Assembly (NCBI GenBank): GCA_021399345.1
Contig: JAAFKI010000070.1
Coordinates: forward strand, 1 to 33,940
Source of the DNA: Candidatus Heimdallarchaeota archaeon
GTDB taxonomy: Archaea; Asgardarchaeota; Heimdallarchaeia; Heimdallarchaeales; Heimdallarchaeaceae
Direction: 5' to 3'
DNA: 33,940 nucleotides
Position numbers and translations under genes: made by a program. The notes below the pieces were generated by a model. That model saw nothing but the letters and a program-made list of their open reading frames with translations, searched no databases and was not told the DNA's origin. Below are positions 1 to 8,433 of the stretch, one piece after another (position 1 is the stretch's first letter; each line of letters starts with the position of its first letter).

Positions 1-738
1 GTCTTACCTAAACTGCGAAGACGTTTTACCAGGAAAGGTGCGATCGATTTAGGGTCTATCAACTTTGTAGCCTTTGTGGATAACCTTGGGTCTCAACCAA
101 TTGTTATCAAGGATCATGGAAAAGGAATCAGAAGTATTATTCAATATTATTTGAAAAAACAAACACAATTAAGAGAGCAATATGTCCAGCAGCAAAGAAA
201 CCAATTGAAAACAAGGAATAAACTCAGCTATGGTCCAGCTTATTATTATCTTCGCGAGAAGTGGCGAAAGAAGCTCAAAGATGCCATTCACAAACTCACC
301 AAGTATTTAGTAGACTTGTGGATTGAACGGAATTTACATGAAGTCATCATTGGATATAATGCGAAATGGAAGCAAAATGTCCATTTTTGGAAAAAGATCA
401 CCCAGATGTTTGTAGCTATCCCCTTCATGAAAATTATCCACAAGTTACAGTATAAAGCGGCTGAATATGGAATAAAAGTTGAGCTTATCCCTGAACAATA
501 TACTTCTAAAAGCAGTTTTCTGGATAATGAGTTTCCCAAGAAACGAATAAAGTATGTTGGACAACGAATTACTCGAGGGTTGTTTAAATCTGCTCAAGGT
601 TTTCTCATCAATGCTGATGTTAATGCTGCATACAATATCTTAATCAAAAGCGATCCGAAAGCACTGCCTAAACGGTGTGCGAACGGGGTAGGAGGATACG
701 TGATGTATCCACGTAGAGTGAGTGTTGACCCACAATGA
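1..738 (+). mobile_element. tnpB: IS200/IS605-family TnpB RNA-guided endonuclease (5' truncated by the window edge), rearranged-RuvC-II subtype lacking the zinc finger
   Basis: Frame 1 is open from base 1. RuvC-I AIDLG (Asp at 46-48); IIGYNAKWKQ where RuvC-II normally has Glu; IPF; PEQYTSKSSFLD; RGLFKS; RuvC-III INADVNAAYNIL. Confidence 0.92.
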
Positions 739-790
739 CCTCTCCAAAAGACGTTCGACTATGCTTGGCTAATATGCCAAGATGACATAA
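661..790 (+). ncRNA. Putative omegaRNA/reRNA scaffold and IS right end overlapping the tnpB 3' end (boundaries uncertain)
   Basis: Hairpins GCACTG-cctaaa-CGGTGT (661-678, two G.U pairs) and GGATAC-gtgat-GTATCC (694-710) lie in the last codons of tnpB. TnpB guide scaffolds are known to overlap this region. Confidence 0.5.
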
Positions 791-997
791 ACTCATCATG
801 ATACTTATGTTCCACTTGTGGTATTCTTGATTTTTCCCAAGAAGCATTTGGGAACCTATGCAAAGATTGCTATTAGTCTGGAAGACTTCATCAGCAAGAA
901 ATTCGGTGATGGTTTAAGTCAAATTCCAGCTCTAAAGACTTTAGAAGACTTTATCAAGCAGCTATATACGATAATCAAAGAATCTAGGCTAGTTTAA
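791..997 (+). pseudogene. Orphan 3' gene fragment (THHDTYVPLVVFLIFPKKHLGTYAKIAISLEDFISKKF...KESRLV*), probably cut off by the IS insertion
   Basis: 68 open codons between TAA 788-790 and TAA 995-997, with protein-like strand-helix-helix periodicity and no ATG start, immediately after tnpB. Confidence 0.45.
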
Positions 998-1146
998 ATA
1001 CTATCCAAGAAGAGCTTAGAAACATTTTTGTCGGGAAATTCAAGGTTATGAATAAAAGTTTCAAGTCAACATGTATGTCTTTAATGTTAATTGAATTACA
1101 TTAACAAAAGATATTCAGTGAATTAAATGTTAGGATCTTTTTTTAA

Positions 1147-1347
1147 TTATATTTTGCGAAATTGCTCCTTCTCCTTTAATTTAATGTTTTCAGAGAAGTT
1201 TCCTTCATAATACTCCTTAGAAAGGAACTCTTTTAGTGAATCCCTGACAAGTTCAGACCTCGAGTCGTAATTCCCCATTGACATCATGTCATTCATCCAT
1301 TTAATCATGCTATCAGTTACTTTGAAAGTAATTAACCTCTTCTTCAT
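1147..1347 (-). CDS. Ribbon-helix-helix (CopG/Arc/MetJ) transcription regulator
   Basis: N-terminal beta ribbon LITFKV, a helix, then GNYDSRSELVRDSL (GxY.SRSE.VR pattern); 66 aa. Confidence 0.85.
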   Translation of the reverse strand: MKKRLITFKVTDSMIKWMNDMMSMGNYDSRSELVRDSLKEFLSKEYYEGNFSENIKLKEKEQFRKI

Positions 1348-1514
1348 TTGTTGACCAAGCTATATGCTACACACTATACATATAACTTTTTTGTCGGAAG
1401 CCACGTTTTGTAATACCCAAATGTTACACTGTTAAAAAAAAGATATGATTAATCTTCAGATTCATTGAGTAAATAGTCGATTTTTTTAATGAACTAGATA
1501 AAAAGCGTATAAAT

Positions 1515-2633
1515 TTATTCAGAATCTATTCCAAATTCTGCTATTTCTTCTAGCTCATCAGCTTCTTTTTTCCACGCAGAGTACTTTTTCATTATTCCTT
1601 CAATGTCTCCTGATATTGACCTTGCAAGTTCTGCTCCCGTGGCTTTCTCAGCATCAATTTCCTCTACTTTCTTTATTTCTAAGATTGGTGCACCTTTTAG
1701 TTCTTCTCTTGCATCCTTCTCTTCTTCTATTCTATCGAGCCAGCTTCTATATTTGTCAATTTCCTCTACTTCAGTTCTATGATCCTTTATCATCTGAAAA
1801 ATTTCTGTCCTTATCGGTTTTGAGACATCCCAGGTCATTTGCCAGATTAAATCACTCTGATATTGCGAAAACTTCCTATCCATTTTGTTTTCAATAAAAG
1901 AAACAAATTTCCAAAATTTATCTCCTAAGATATCTGATATTTTTTTCTCCGCTGTTTCTTCATCAGATTCAATACTTAATGCGGTTTGAATTCCTTCTAA
2001 TTGTTCAAAGACATATTTTCTAATATAAGGCCACAAAGTTGGGAATTCTAGTAATTCTTCTTTTTCTTTTACTTGCTCAACTTCTGGTGTTTCTTCTGTG
2101 TGTTTTTCTTTCTTTTCTTTCACAGATTGTATCAGTTCATCTATGTCTTTGTACCCATTGTTCCTTGCGATCATTTTTAGAGCTGAATCTATAGAAAACA
2201 GTAGAGATGCAGGATGTTCCAATTTCGATTCACTCATTAAATCTTCCACAGCTAATTCTGAACCTACAGCCCCTAATGACAAAGCAGCTCTACTTTTTAC
2301 AATTACTTTTGGATCTTTTCTAAGCGAAATTAAAAGAGCAGATATCGCTTGAGGTGAAGAAAACTTTCCTAAGGACCTTGAAGCGGCTAGTCGGATTTTC
2401 TCTTCATTATCCATAAGACAATAGATCAGTGTTTCAATAGCTCTATGGTCAGCAATTTCAGATAAAGCAATAATCGCATAGGTTCTATTTTCAATTGTAT
2501 CTTGATTTACTACTTTTATTAATGGTACAACAGCTCTCTCGTCTCTTAGCTCTCCTAGTGCTAGAATGGCTTCTTCTCGTTTTTTAGCTTCCTCGTGACT
2601 AAGCTGTTTAATTAGCTTATTTAAGCTGACCAT
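1515..2633 (-). CDS. HEAT (PBS-lyase-like) repeat protein with an uncharacterised helical, acidic C-terminal half
   Basis: Repeats REEAILALGEL..ERAVVPLI, RTYAIIALSEI, RLAASRSLGKF, KSRAALSLGAV. ATG at 2633 (MVSLNKLI) preferred over the TTG at 2705. Confidence 0.85.
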   Translation of the reverse strand: MVSLNKLIKQLSHEEAKKREEAILALGELRDERAVVPLIKVVNQDTIENRTYAIIALSEIADHRAIETLIYCLMDNEEKIRLAASRSLGKFSSPQAISALLISLRKDPKVIVKSRAALSLGAVGSELAVEDLMSESKLEHPASLLFSIDSALKMIARNNGYKDIDELIQSVKEKKEKHTEETPEVEQVKEKEELLEFPTLWPYIRKYVFEQLEGIQTALSIESDEETAEKKISDILGDKFWKFVSFIENKMDRKFSQYQSDLIWQMTWDVSKPIRTEIFQMIKDHRTEVEEIDKYRSWLDRIEEEKDAREELKGAPILEIKKVEEIDAEKATGAELARSISGDIEGIMKKYSAWKKEADELEEIAEFGIDSE

Positions 2634-2705
2634 GTTAAATATAAGAAATACTAAAAATATAAGGGTTTTGTGCTCTTTTGTGAATTTTATACACACTTTT
2701 GACAA

Positions 2706-3662
2706 TCATAATTGCTTTCGAAAGCTATAATCTTCTTTTGCAATTAGTGTAACAGCTGAATTTTCCTTCTCATCGATTATTTTCAAATCAGAATCTTTTA
2801 TTATTTCTTCTGAAAACGCTCTTATCTTCTCATACCTTGGCATAATTTCATAAGATAGTCTCTTTCTAGCATCTCCAACGGACATAAATCCCTTGGGTTC
2901 CAGAAAGTGTGCTTCAGACTTTTCAAACCATTCTCTGAACTTTTCTGGTTCAATCATATTATAATCAGGTACTAAAGTTAATCTCATAACTTTCCGTGTT
3001 TTCAAAGATGGGAGAAGATCTATTGTTTGCAGAATCTTGTCCCAGGCATCCTTATCTGACGGTCTTGCTGTTTTTTCAAATGATTCTTTTGTTGGCGCAA
3101 TCATAGTCAGATATAGTTGAGATGGTAATGTATCAAGTTTTTCTAGAACATCTGGATTGGTTCCATTTGTTACCAAAAAGGTAGTCATTTTCCTAGAATG
3201 AAATTCTTCTATCAGCTCTCCTATTCGAGGATAAAAGGTAGGCTCTCCACTTAATGAGATAGCTGCATGTTTAGGATTAAATGCTTCATCATATTTCTCC
3301 ATAGGAACCTTAGCATGGTGTTTGTAACCTGCTATTAGTTTACGCTGATGATAAATCATAGAATCAACAATTGTTTCTGGATCATCTACTTGACAATCCA
3401 TTATTCCTTTATTATACCATGAAGCACTTCGCCAACAGAAAACGCATTTCAAATTACACCAGATAGTTGCTGGAGTGCATTGTAGACATTGATGAGAAGT
3501 GATGCCATAGAATTGACTTTTGTAGCAAACCCCTTCTCCCTTTAGTGAGTGTTTCAACCATGCACAGGTTTTAACAGCTGAATGATTACCTGCGATTCTA
3601 TACTGTTGTTTCTCAAGCTTTTCTTTTACTTCGCTTGGTATGGTACATGGTTCTATAGACAT
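2706..3662 (-). CDS. taw1: tRNA 4-demethylwyosine synthase (radical SAM, Taw1/TYW1)
   Basis: HSAVKTC, CYKSQFYGITSHQCLQCTP, radical SAM CNLKCVFCWR, ISLSGEPT, FLVTNG. Confidence 0.96.
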   Translation of the reverse strand: MSIEPCTIPSEVKEKLEKQQYRIAGNHSAVKTCAWLKHSLKGEGVCYKSQFYGITSHQCLQCTPATIWCNLKCVFCWRSASWYNKGIMDCQVDDPETIVDSMIYHQRKLIAGYKHHAKVPMEKYDEAFNPKHAAISLSGEPTFYPRIGELIEEFHSRKMTTFLVTNGTNPDVLEKLDTLPSQLYLTMIAPTKESFEKTARPSDKDAWDKILQTIDLLPSLKTRKVMRLTLVPDYNMIEPEKFREWFEKSEAHFLEPKGFMSVGDARKRLSYEIMPRYEKIRAFSEEIIKDSDLKIIDEKENSAVTLIAKEDYSFRKQL

Positions 3663-3747
3663 TAAAACACCAAATAATGAATTCTATTTCAATATATCGA
3701 ATAGAATGAAATTAAAAAAATATTCCAAAATTGGAAAAAAGACGTAT

Positions 3748-4143
3748 CTACTTTTTAACTAAAGACTCCAAAGTAATTTCATCTAGAAATCCAAATCTAC
3801 TCTGATCACTTAACCAGGATTGAGCTTGGAAATCATTATCAAAAATCTTGATTTTGTCTTTAATCTCTTTATTTTTTATTTTCTTCTTCTTTTTGAATAA
3901 GAAGGCAATGTTAAGAATTATTTTTCCTTTTATTGCTAGCATGTTAGCAACTATATTGGCAATTTCTTCAGCCTCATTAGGGTCATAAGCTGTAACATCG
4001 ATAAGATAAAACAAGGGTTTTTTAGCATTATCAATCTGTTCTTTTAGACATCTTTCTAACTCTTTCTCCATCTTATCATCATAAGACCCTTCAAACCCCA
4101 TACGAACAATAACCTGGGAAATATACCTCACATGAATTGTCAT
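3748..4143 (-). CDS. SpoIIAA-like (STAS/SEC14) domain protein
   Basis: Alpha/beta pattern LFYLIDVT and NIAFLF, ending IKIFDNDFQAQSWL (F-x5-A-x2-WL). ATG at 4143 is the likely start. Confidence 0.55.
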   Translation of the reverse strand: MTIHVRYISQVIVRMGFEGSYDDKMEKELERCLKEQIDNAKKPLFYLIDVTAYDPNEAEEIANIVANMLAIKGKIILNIAFLFKKKKKIKNKEIKDKIKIFDNDFQAQSWLSDQSRFGFLDEITLESLVKK

Positions 4144-4286
4144 TAAATCACTTATCAAACGTTAATATTTATCTTTGATGAGATACTTAAAAACGATTTG
4201 ATTTAACCATATTTGCCTTACTTGAAGAAACCATGCTTCCACACTAGAATTAATAAATGCATTCTACAAATTCTTGTTGGTTGAGA

Positions 4287-4808
4287 ATGGATCAAGAAAA
4301 TAGCATGGACGAAACCCCTTCAGAAAAGTCTTCCTTCTTTGATAAAGAGAGAAACTTGCGGCTTTCAAAATTCGTTATAGTTAGTCTTGTAGGTTTAGGT
4401 CTAAATTATCTCTTTCTCTTTCTTATGATGTTAATTCTCGAATCATCAGGATTAACTGGAGTGCTGTTCACAGTTTGGTTTCTAAACGTTTCAGATGTTT
4501 TAGTTTCACAAGCTGTTGCTATAGCCATTGTGATGATATACAATTATATAATTAACAAAATATGGACTTTCAAGAAACAAGAGAAAGAGGTCGAATTTAA
4601 CACATTCTGGCAATTCATAAAATTCGCAATCGTGGGTGCCTCAGGAACTGTGATCAACCTTGGGCTAGTTTATGTCTTCTATGACCTAATCGGTTGGAAC
4701 GAATATCTTGCAGTTACAATAGGCTTTGTAGTATCAGTTCTAACCAATTTTATCCTCAATGATATTTGGACATTCAACCCAAAATTCGGCAAAGAGAGAG
4801 AAAAATAA
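4287..4808 (+). CDS. GtrA-family lipid-linked glycan flippase
   Basis: Four TM helices in two symmetric halves: KFVIVSLVG..NY / KFAIVGASG..NL and NYIINKIWTF / NFILNDIWTF. Start codon uncertain. Confidence 0.9.
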   Translation: MDQENSMDETPSEKSSFFDKERNLRLSKFVIVSLVGLGLNYLFLFLMMLILESSGLTGVLFTVWFLNVSDVLVSQAVAIAIVMIYNYIINKIWTFKKQEKEVEFNTFWQFIKFAIVGASGTVINLGLVYVFYDLIGWNEYLAVTIGFVVSVLTNFILNDIWTFNPKFGKEREK

Positions 4809-4810
4809 TT

Positions 4811-5158
4811 TTAGGTTTCTTTTCCACAATTTGAACAGAAGGTTGAGTCTTTTTCTATTTTATGCTTACAATCATCACAGAATCTAACATTGTAATCTTT
4901 TTTTTGTTGTTCATATTCCTTAGTAACTTTACTGTGATGGGAAGCTAAATTTCCGTACAAAGATGCTCTTCTAGAAGAAAACCCTCGTCGAGATAAGAAC
5001 CAAAAAAAGACAAAAAGTACAATGGCAATTCCAGATACAGTTAGAAATATGACTAAATCCTTATAGAACCAATAGTATACCCCTACAAGTACTATTATGA
5101 GTACAAACCAGGTAAAACCACCAAATCTATAACGTTTTCTTTCCAAAGTCATGTTCAA
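4811..5158 (-). CDS. Two-TM membrane protein with a C-terminal zinc ribbon
   Basis: Two hydrophobic helices, then FCDDC...FCSNCG. Confidence 0.75.
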   Translation of the reverse strand: MNMTLERKRYRFGGFTWFVLIIVLVGVYYWFYKDLVIFLTVSGIAIVLFVFFWFLSRRGFSSRRASLYGNLASHHSKVTKEYEQQKKDYNVRFCDDCKHKIEKDSTFCSNCGKET

Positions 5159-5178
5159 ACATCTCTTAGTAAAAGCGG

Positions 5179-6945
5179 TTATAAATTATCTTCTCCTTCT
5201 TCAAAATTATTATTTTCAGGTGAAAGGAACTCAAATTCTAAGATTTTTAGTTGCTCTAAATGGAATGGGAACGGTTCTGGAAACAATGGAAATTTCTTCC
5301 TCCAATCCTTTTTATCGGTTATCCAGGAGTTAAAATCTAGTGGATTTATCGGTTTGTCAAACCTTAGAGGTCGCTCTGCTTTTTCTCCTTTGATTATCTT
5401 GTCAATTTGCTCTCTAAATTTCTCATAGTAATATTGTTCTGAAAGATTTAATATTTTGAGCATTTTGGCATCTGTGTACTCATCATCTGCTTTCATTAGA
5501 AATATTTCCGCTCGAGGAATGTTGTTCCTATACAGTTGGTAGAGAGCAAGCATTGTATAGCTGTAAATAGGTACATACCTGTTATTGAAGAGCATCAAAT
5601 AAACTTCAGCAGATCTATCGAAGTAATTCTGAGATAATCTCAAGTGTTCAATGTTTTCTTCTTCAGCCCATCTTATCAACCAATATCTAGCTAGTAAAAG
5701 GGAGAGTTCTGGATCACCGATATCTATTCTTTGTGTCTTAATTATTTCCTCCATTGTGCTAACATCATCTACCAGGTCGTAGACATAAGCTCCAAAGGAG
5801 ATTTTTGCATAAATTCCAATCAGATTAAATGAAATTCCTATCTCTTCTCGTTTAGATCTACTTAGAAGATCTTTGACATACCCCTCTATCTCGCTGAGAA
5901 TTTCTTCAACAGCAAACTTAATTGCAGACTTTGTTAATTCAGGTTTCTCATCTTTTAGATCTCCAACAAATTTTGAATTCTTATATTGAGTTTGTAATAA
6001 GTTATTGAGTATTTGATAGAATCTAGTTTCGAGAAGCAATGCCTTCTGCTGAATATAGAAACTTCTAATTGTCTCGCTGAACAGCTCATCATTCTTATAC
6101 GGTTCAATTTCACTTAAAGCTCTTGAATTTTCCATGTACGCTAAATTCAGAAACTCAGCAACATTCTCATTTGTAAAACGAGCACTGAGCAGGTGGAGTT
6201 GAGCTTTTAGTGAAAAAAGGGAAGATTCAGAAATTTTAGTTTTAAGTAATTCAAAAGGCTCTTCATCTAGCTCTTTTAGGTAATGATGACCCAACCTTGC
6301 TTTTTCAAGAGCTTCATCAAATAGCTTACACCAATCTAGAAAGTCTTCTTTAGGAATCACAGGAACAGTAACTAAAAAATTATAGAGAGTAAGGACAAGA
6401 ATTTGAGCATAATTAGTTGCAGATTTGATGATATTTTTTTTCTCAAATTTAGTTAAATCTAGTCTCAAAACTGAATCAAGCTGCATGTAATCAATTAAGA
6501 AATTCAAGTGTTGCTTTTCCTTGAATAACAATTCTGAGATTTTATCTTTTGATGGTGACTTCCCATACACAAGTGTCTGCTCGATTGCACCATCCAAAGT
6601 ATAGTATGGATTTAATCCTTTCAACTTTGAAAACAAATCGATAAATGCTGACAAAGCTGGATAGAGCATGAATTGAGAAGTACAGTGTTCTACGGCATTC
6701 CACATAACTTTGATACTGTAAACTAGGAAATCGAAATAATCTTTCTTATACACACCAGATAATCTGAATAATCGAGAAGTGTAAGTTTTGAAATGAGCAA
6801 TTTTTGTAATAAAAAGATCAACATCAACGTTTTTCTGAGTAAGAGTTGAAACTATATCATCTACTTGTTTTTGAACAAAAAGAATCTTCTCCTTAGGTTG
6901 TAATGTAAGGAATAATTTCTGTTTCTCTTCAAATTCATTACTCAT
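5179..6945 (-). CDS. Hypothetical all-alpha protein (possible TPR-like solenoid)
   Basis: 588-aa ORF with helical amphipathic periodicity and no recognisable catalytic motif. Confidence 0.7.
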   Translation of the reverse strand: MSNEFEEKQKLFLTLQPKEKILFVQKQVDDIVSTLTQKNVDVDLFITKIAHFKTYTSRLFRLSGVYKKDYFDFLVYSIKVMWNAVEHCTSQFMLYPALSAFIDLFSKLKGLNPYYTLDGAIEQTLVYGKSPSKDKISELLFKEKQHLNFLIDYMQLDSVLRLDLTKFEKKNIIKSATNYAQILVLTLYNFLVTVPVIPKEDFLDWCKLFDEALEKARLGHHYLKELDEEPFELLKTKISESSLFSLKAQLHLLSARFTNENVAEFLNLAYMENSRALSEIEPYKNDELFSETIRSFYIQQKALLLETRFYQILNNLLQTQYKNSKFVGDLKDEKPELTKSAIKFAVEEILSEIEGYVKDLLSRSKREEIGISFNLIGIYAKISFGAYVYDLVDDVSTMEEIIKTQRIDIGDPELSLLLARYWLIRWAEEENIEHLRLSQNYFDRSAEVYLMLFNNRYVPIYSYTMLALYQLYRNNIPRAEIFLMKADDEYTDAKMLKILNLSEQYYYEKFREQIDKIIKGEKAERPLRFDKPINPLDFNSWITDKKDWRKKFPLFPEPFPFHLEQLKILEFEFLSPENNNFEEGEDNL

Positions 6946-7077
6946 TAATAGTATAATGACATAGAAATTGATAAAGACTACTAAACTATCAAAAAATAAA
7001 ATTTAAATACTTTCAATGTTTTAAAAGCCAAGAGAAACATTTATAAGAATCCAAAGACAGTATATCATAAAGACGAT

Positions 7078-8424
7078 ATGTTGAGACATATGATAGGGAC
7101 AGCAGAAAAAATAGGATTTGCCGTATTAACTTTGATAATTCTAGGTGGTTCAGGGTATATCTTTAGCACTCTAGATATTCAACCGTTTTTCTTTGCAAAT
7201 CCACCAGGGGAGTTTGATCCACCAGGGGAGTTTGATCCACCAGATGTGACTGATCCACCAGATATAGGAAGTTTGAGAACGATAATAATAGAATCAAATT
7301 CAGATTTTATTCTATACGATTTACCAGGAAGTGGTTCAATTGAAAATCCCTATATAATTGATGGTAGTACAGGAGAATACACTAACTATAAAATTAAAAT
7401 CTCTGGAATAACAGTTCATGTTATCATTCAAAACTGCACTTTTCTAGGTTCTGGTGGCTTTTTAGATGATGGTATCACATTAGAGGATATTGAATTTGGT
7501 GGTATTACTATCACAGGAAATGAGTTTAAAAACAATTTTAGAGGAATTTCTCTACGCACGTATGTAGTCCTTCATATAACCCATAATAGCTTTAAAGATA
7601 ATGAATTTGCAGGAGTAGCAAGTTACTATTCTAAAAATATGCACTTAACAAATAATAGTTTCTTCAATTCAGGATTACATATTATGTCAATCACCTACTA
7701 TTTAGATACAATCACTATCGAGGATAATTATGTGAATGACAAAAAACTTGGTTATTTCGGAAACACTGATAATTTAACTATTACTTGTGGTCAAGAATAT
7801 GGTCAACTAATCTTTATTGGATGTGAAAATATATACATATCCAATGTAAATATCCAAAACACAAATGAAGGAATTCTTTGTATTTACAGTTCTAACATAA
7901 CGATTACAGGAAGCTCTATTTCTGGATGTATCACTGGTATAATGTTCATAGTTTGTAGTGAAATATACATACTAGAAAATATAATTGACGAAAACCGAGA
8001 AGGATTTAGCTGTGCAGCAAGTAACGGTGTTATCAAGGATAACATAATTTCAAATCATATGTATGGATTACGTCTTTCTAATTCGCGCTCACTTCTTATA
8101 GAAGGAAATCATTTGAATCATAATAGTAATTTTGCTATGTATCTCTTTCGATCAAGTAACAATCTAATTACAGATAACAGATTTGAATCTTCGGGAATTG
8201 GATTGAAGCTAACTGATTATTCAGACAATAATTTGATTCATCATAATATTTTCAATCTGAATAATAATCAAGCAGAAGATAATTGTCAAGGCAACATTTG
8301 GTATGATGCTATCGCTTTACATGGCAATTTCTGGTCTGACTTCAGTGGAGAAGGAGTTTATAGTATAGCTGGTTTAGCAAATGCTGTAGATCCTTATCCT
8401 CATACTATAGATGACTCCTATTGA
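7078..8424 (+). CDS. Membrane-anchored right-handed beta-helix (NosD/CASH) surface protein
   Basis: N-terminal TM; GSGSIENPYII motif; repeated I..N.F..N..GI.L rungs; C-terminal GNFWSDF...Y.IAG...DPYP. Confidence 0.88.
   Translation: MLRHMIGTAEKIGFAVLTLIILGGSGYIFSTLDIQPFFFANPPGEFDPPGEFDPPDVTDPPDIGSLRTIIIESNSDFILYDLPGSGSIENPYIIDGSTGEYTNYKIKISGITVHVIIQNCTFLGSGGFLDDGITLEDIEFGGITITGNEFKNNFRGISLRTYVVLHITHNSFKDNEFAGVASYYSKNMHLTNNSFFNSGLHIMSITYYLDTITIEDNYVNDKKLGYFGNTDNLTITCGQEYGQLIFIGCENIYISNVNIQNTNEGILCIYSSNITITGSSISGCITGIMFIVCSEIYILENIIDENREGFSCAASNGVIKDNIISNHMYGLRLSNSRSLLIEGNHLNHNSNFAMYLFRSSNNLITDNRFESSGIGLKLTDYSDNNLIHHNIFNLNNNQAEDNCQGNIWYDAIALHGNFWSDFSGEGVYSIAGLANAVDPYPHTIDDSY
7201..7263 (+). 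repeat. In-frame 18-bp tandem repeat (about 3.5 units) encoding PPGEFD-PPGEFD-PPDVTD-PPD
   Basis: CCACCAGGGGAGTTTGAT twice exactly (7201-7236), then CCACCAGATGTGACTGAT and CCACCAGAT. Confidence 0.9.
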
Positions 8425-8433
8425 AGTAATGTG

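Noticed and set aside
2634-2705. Hydrophobic N-terminal extension of the HEAT protein suggesting a TM helix
   Set aside because: Translation of AT-rich intergenic sequence from a TTG; ATG 2633 fits the first repeat.
4287-4808. Apparent duplicated GtrA domain
   Set aside because: The two-fold internal symmetry is the normal four-TM GtrA architecture.
7201-7263. Possible CRISPR-like repeat
   Set aside because: No spacers; it is an in-frame coding tandem repeat. No CRISPR array or cas gene is seen in the window.
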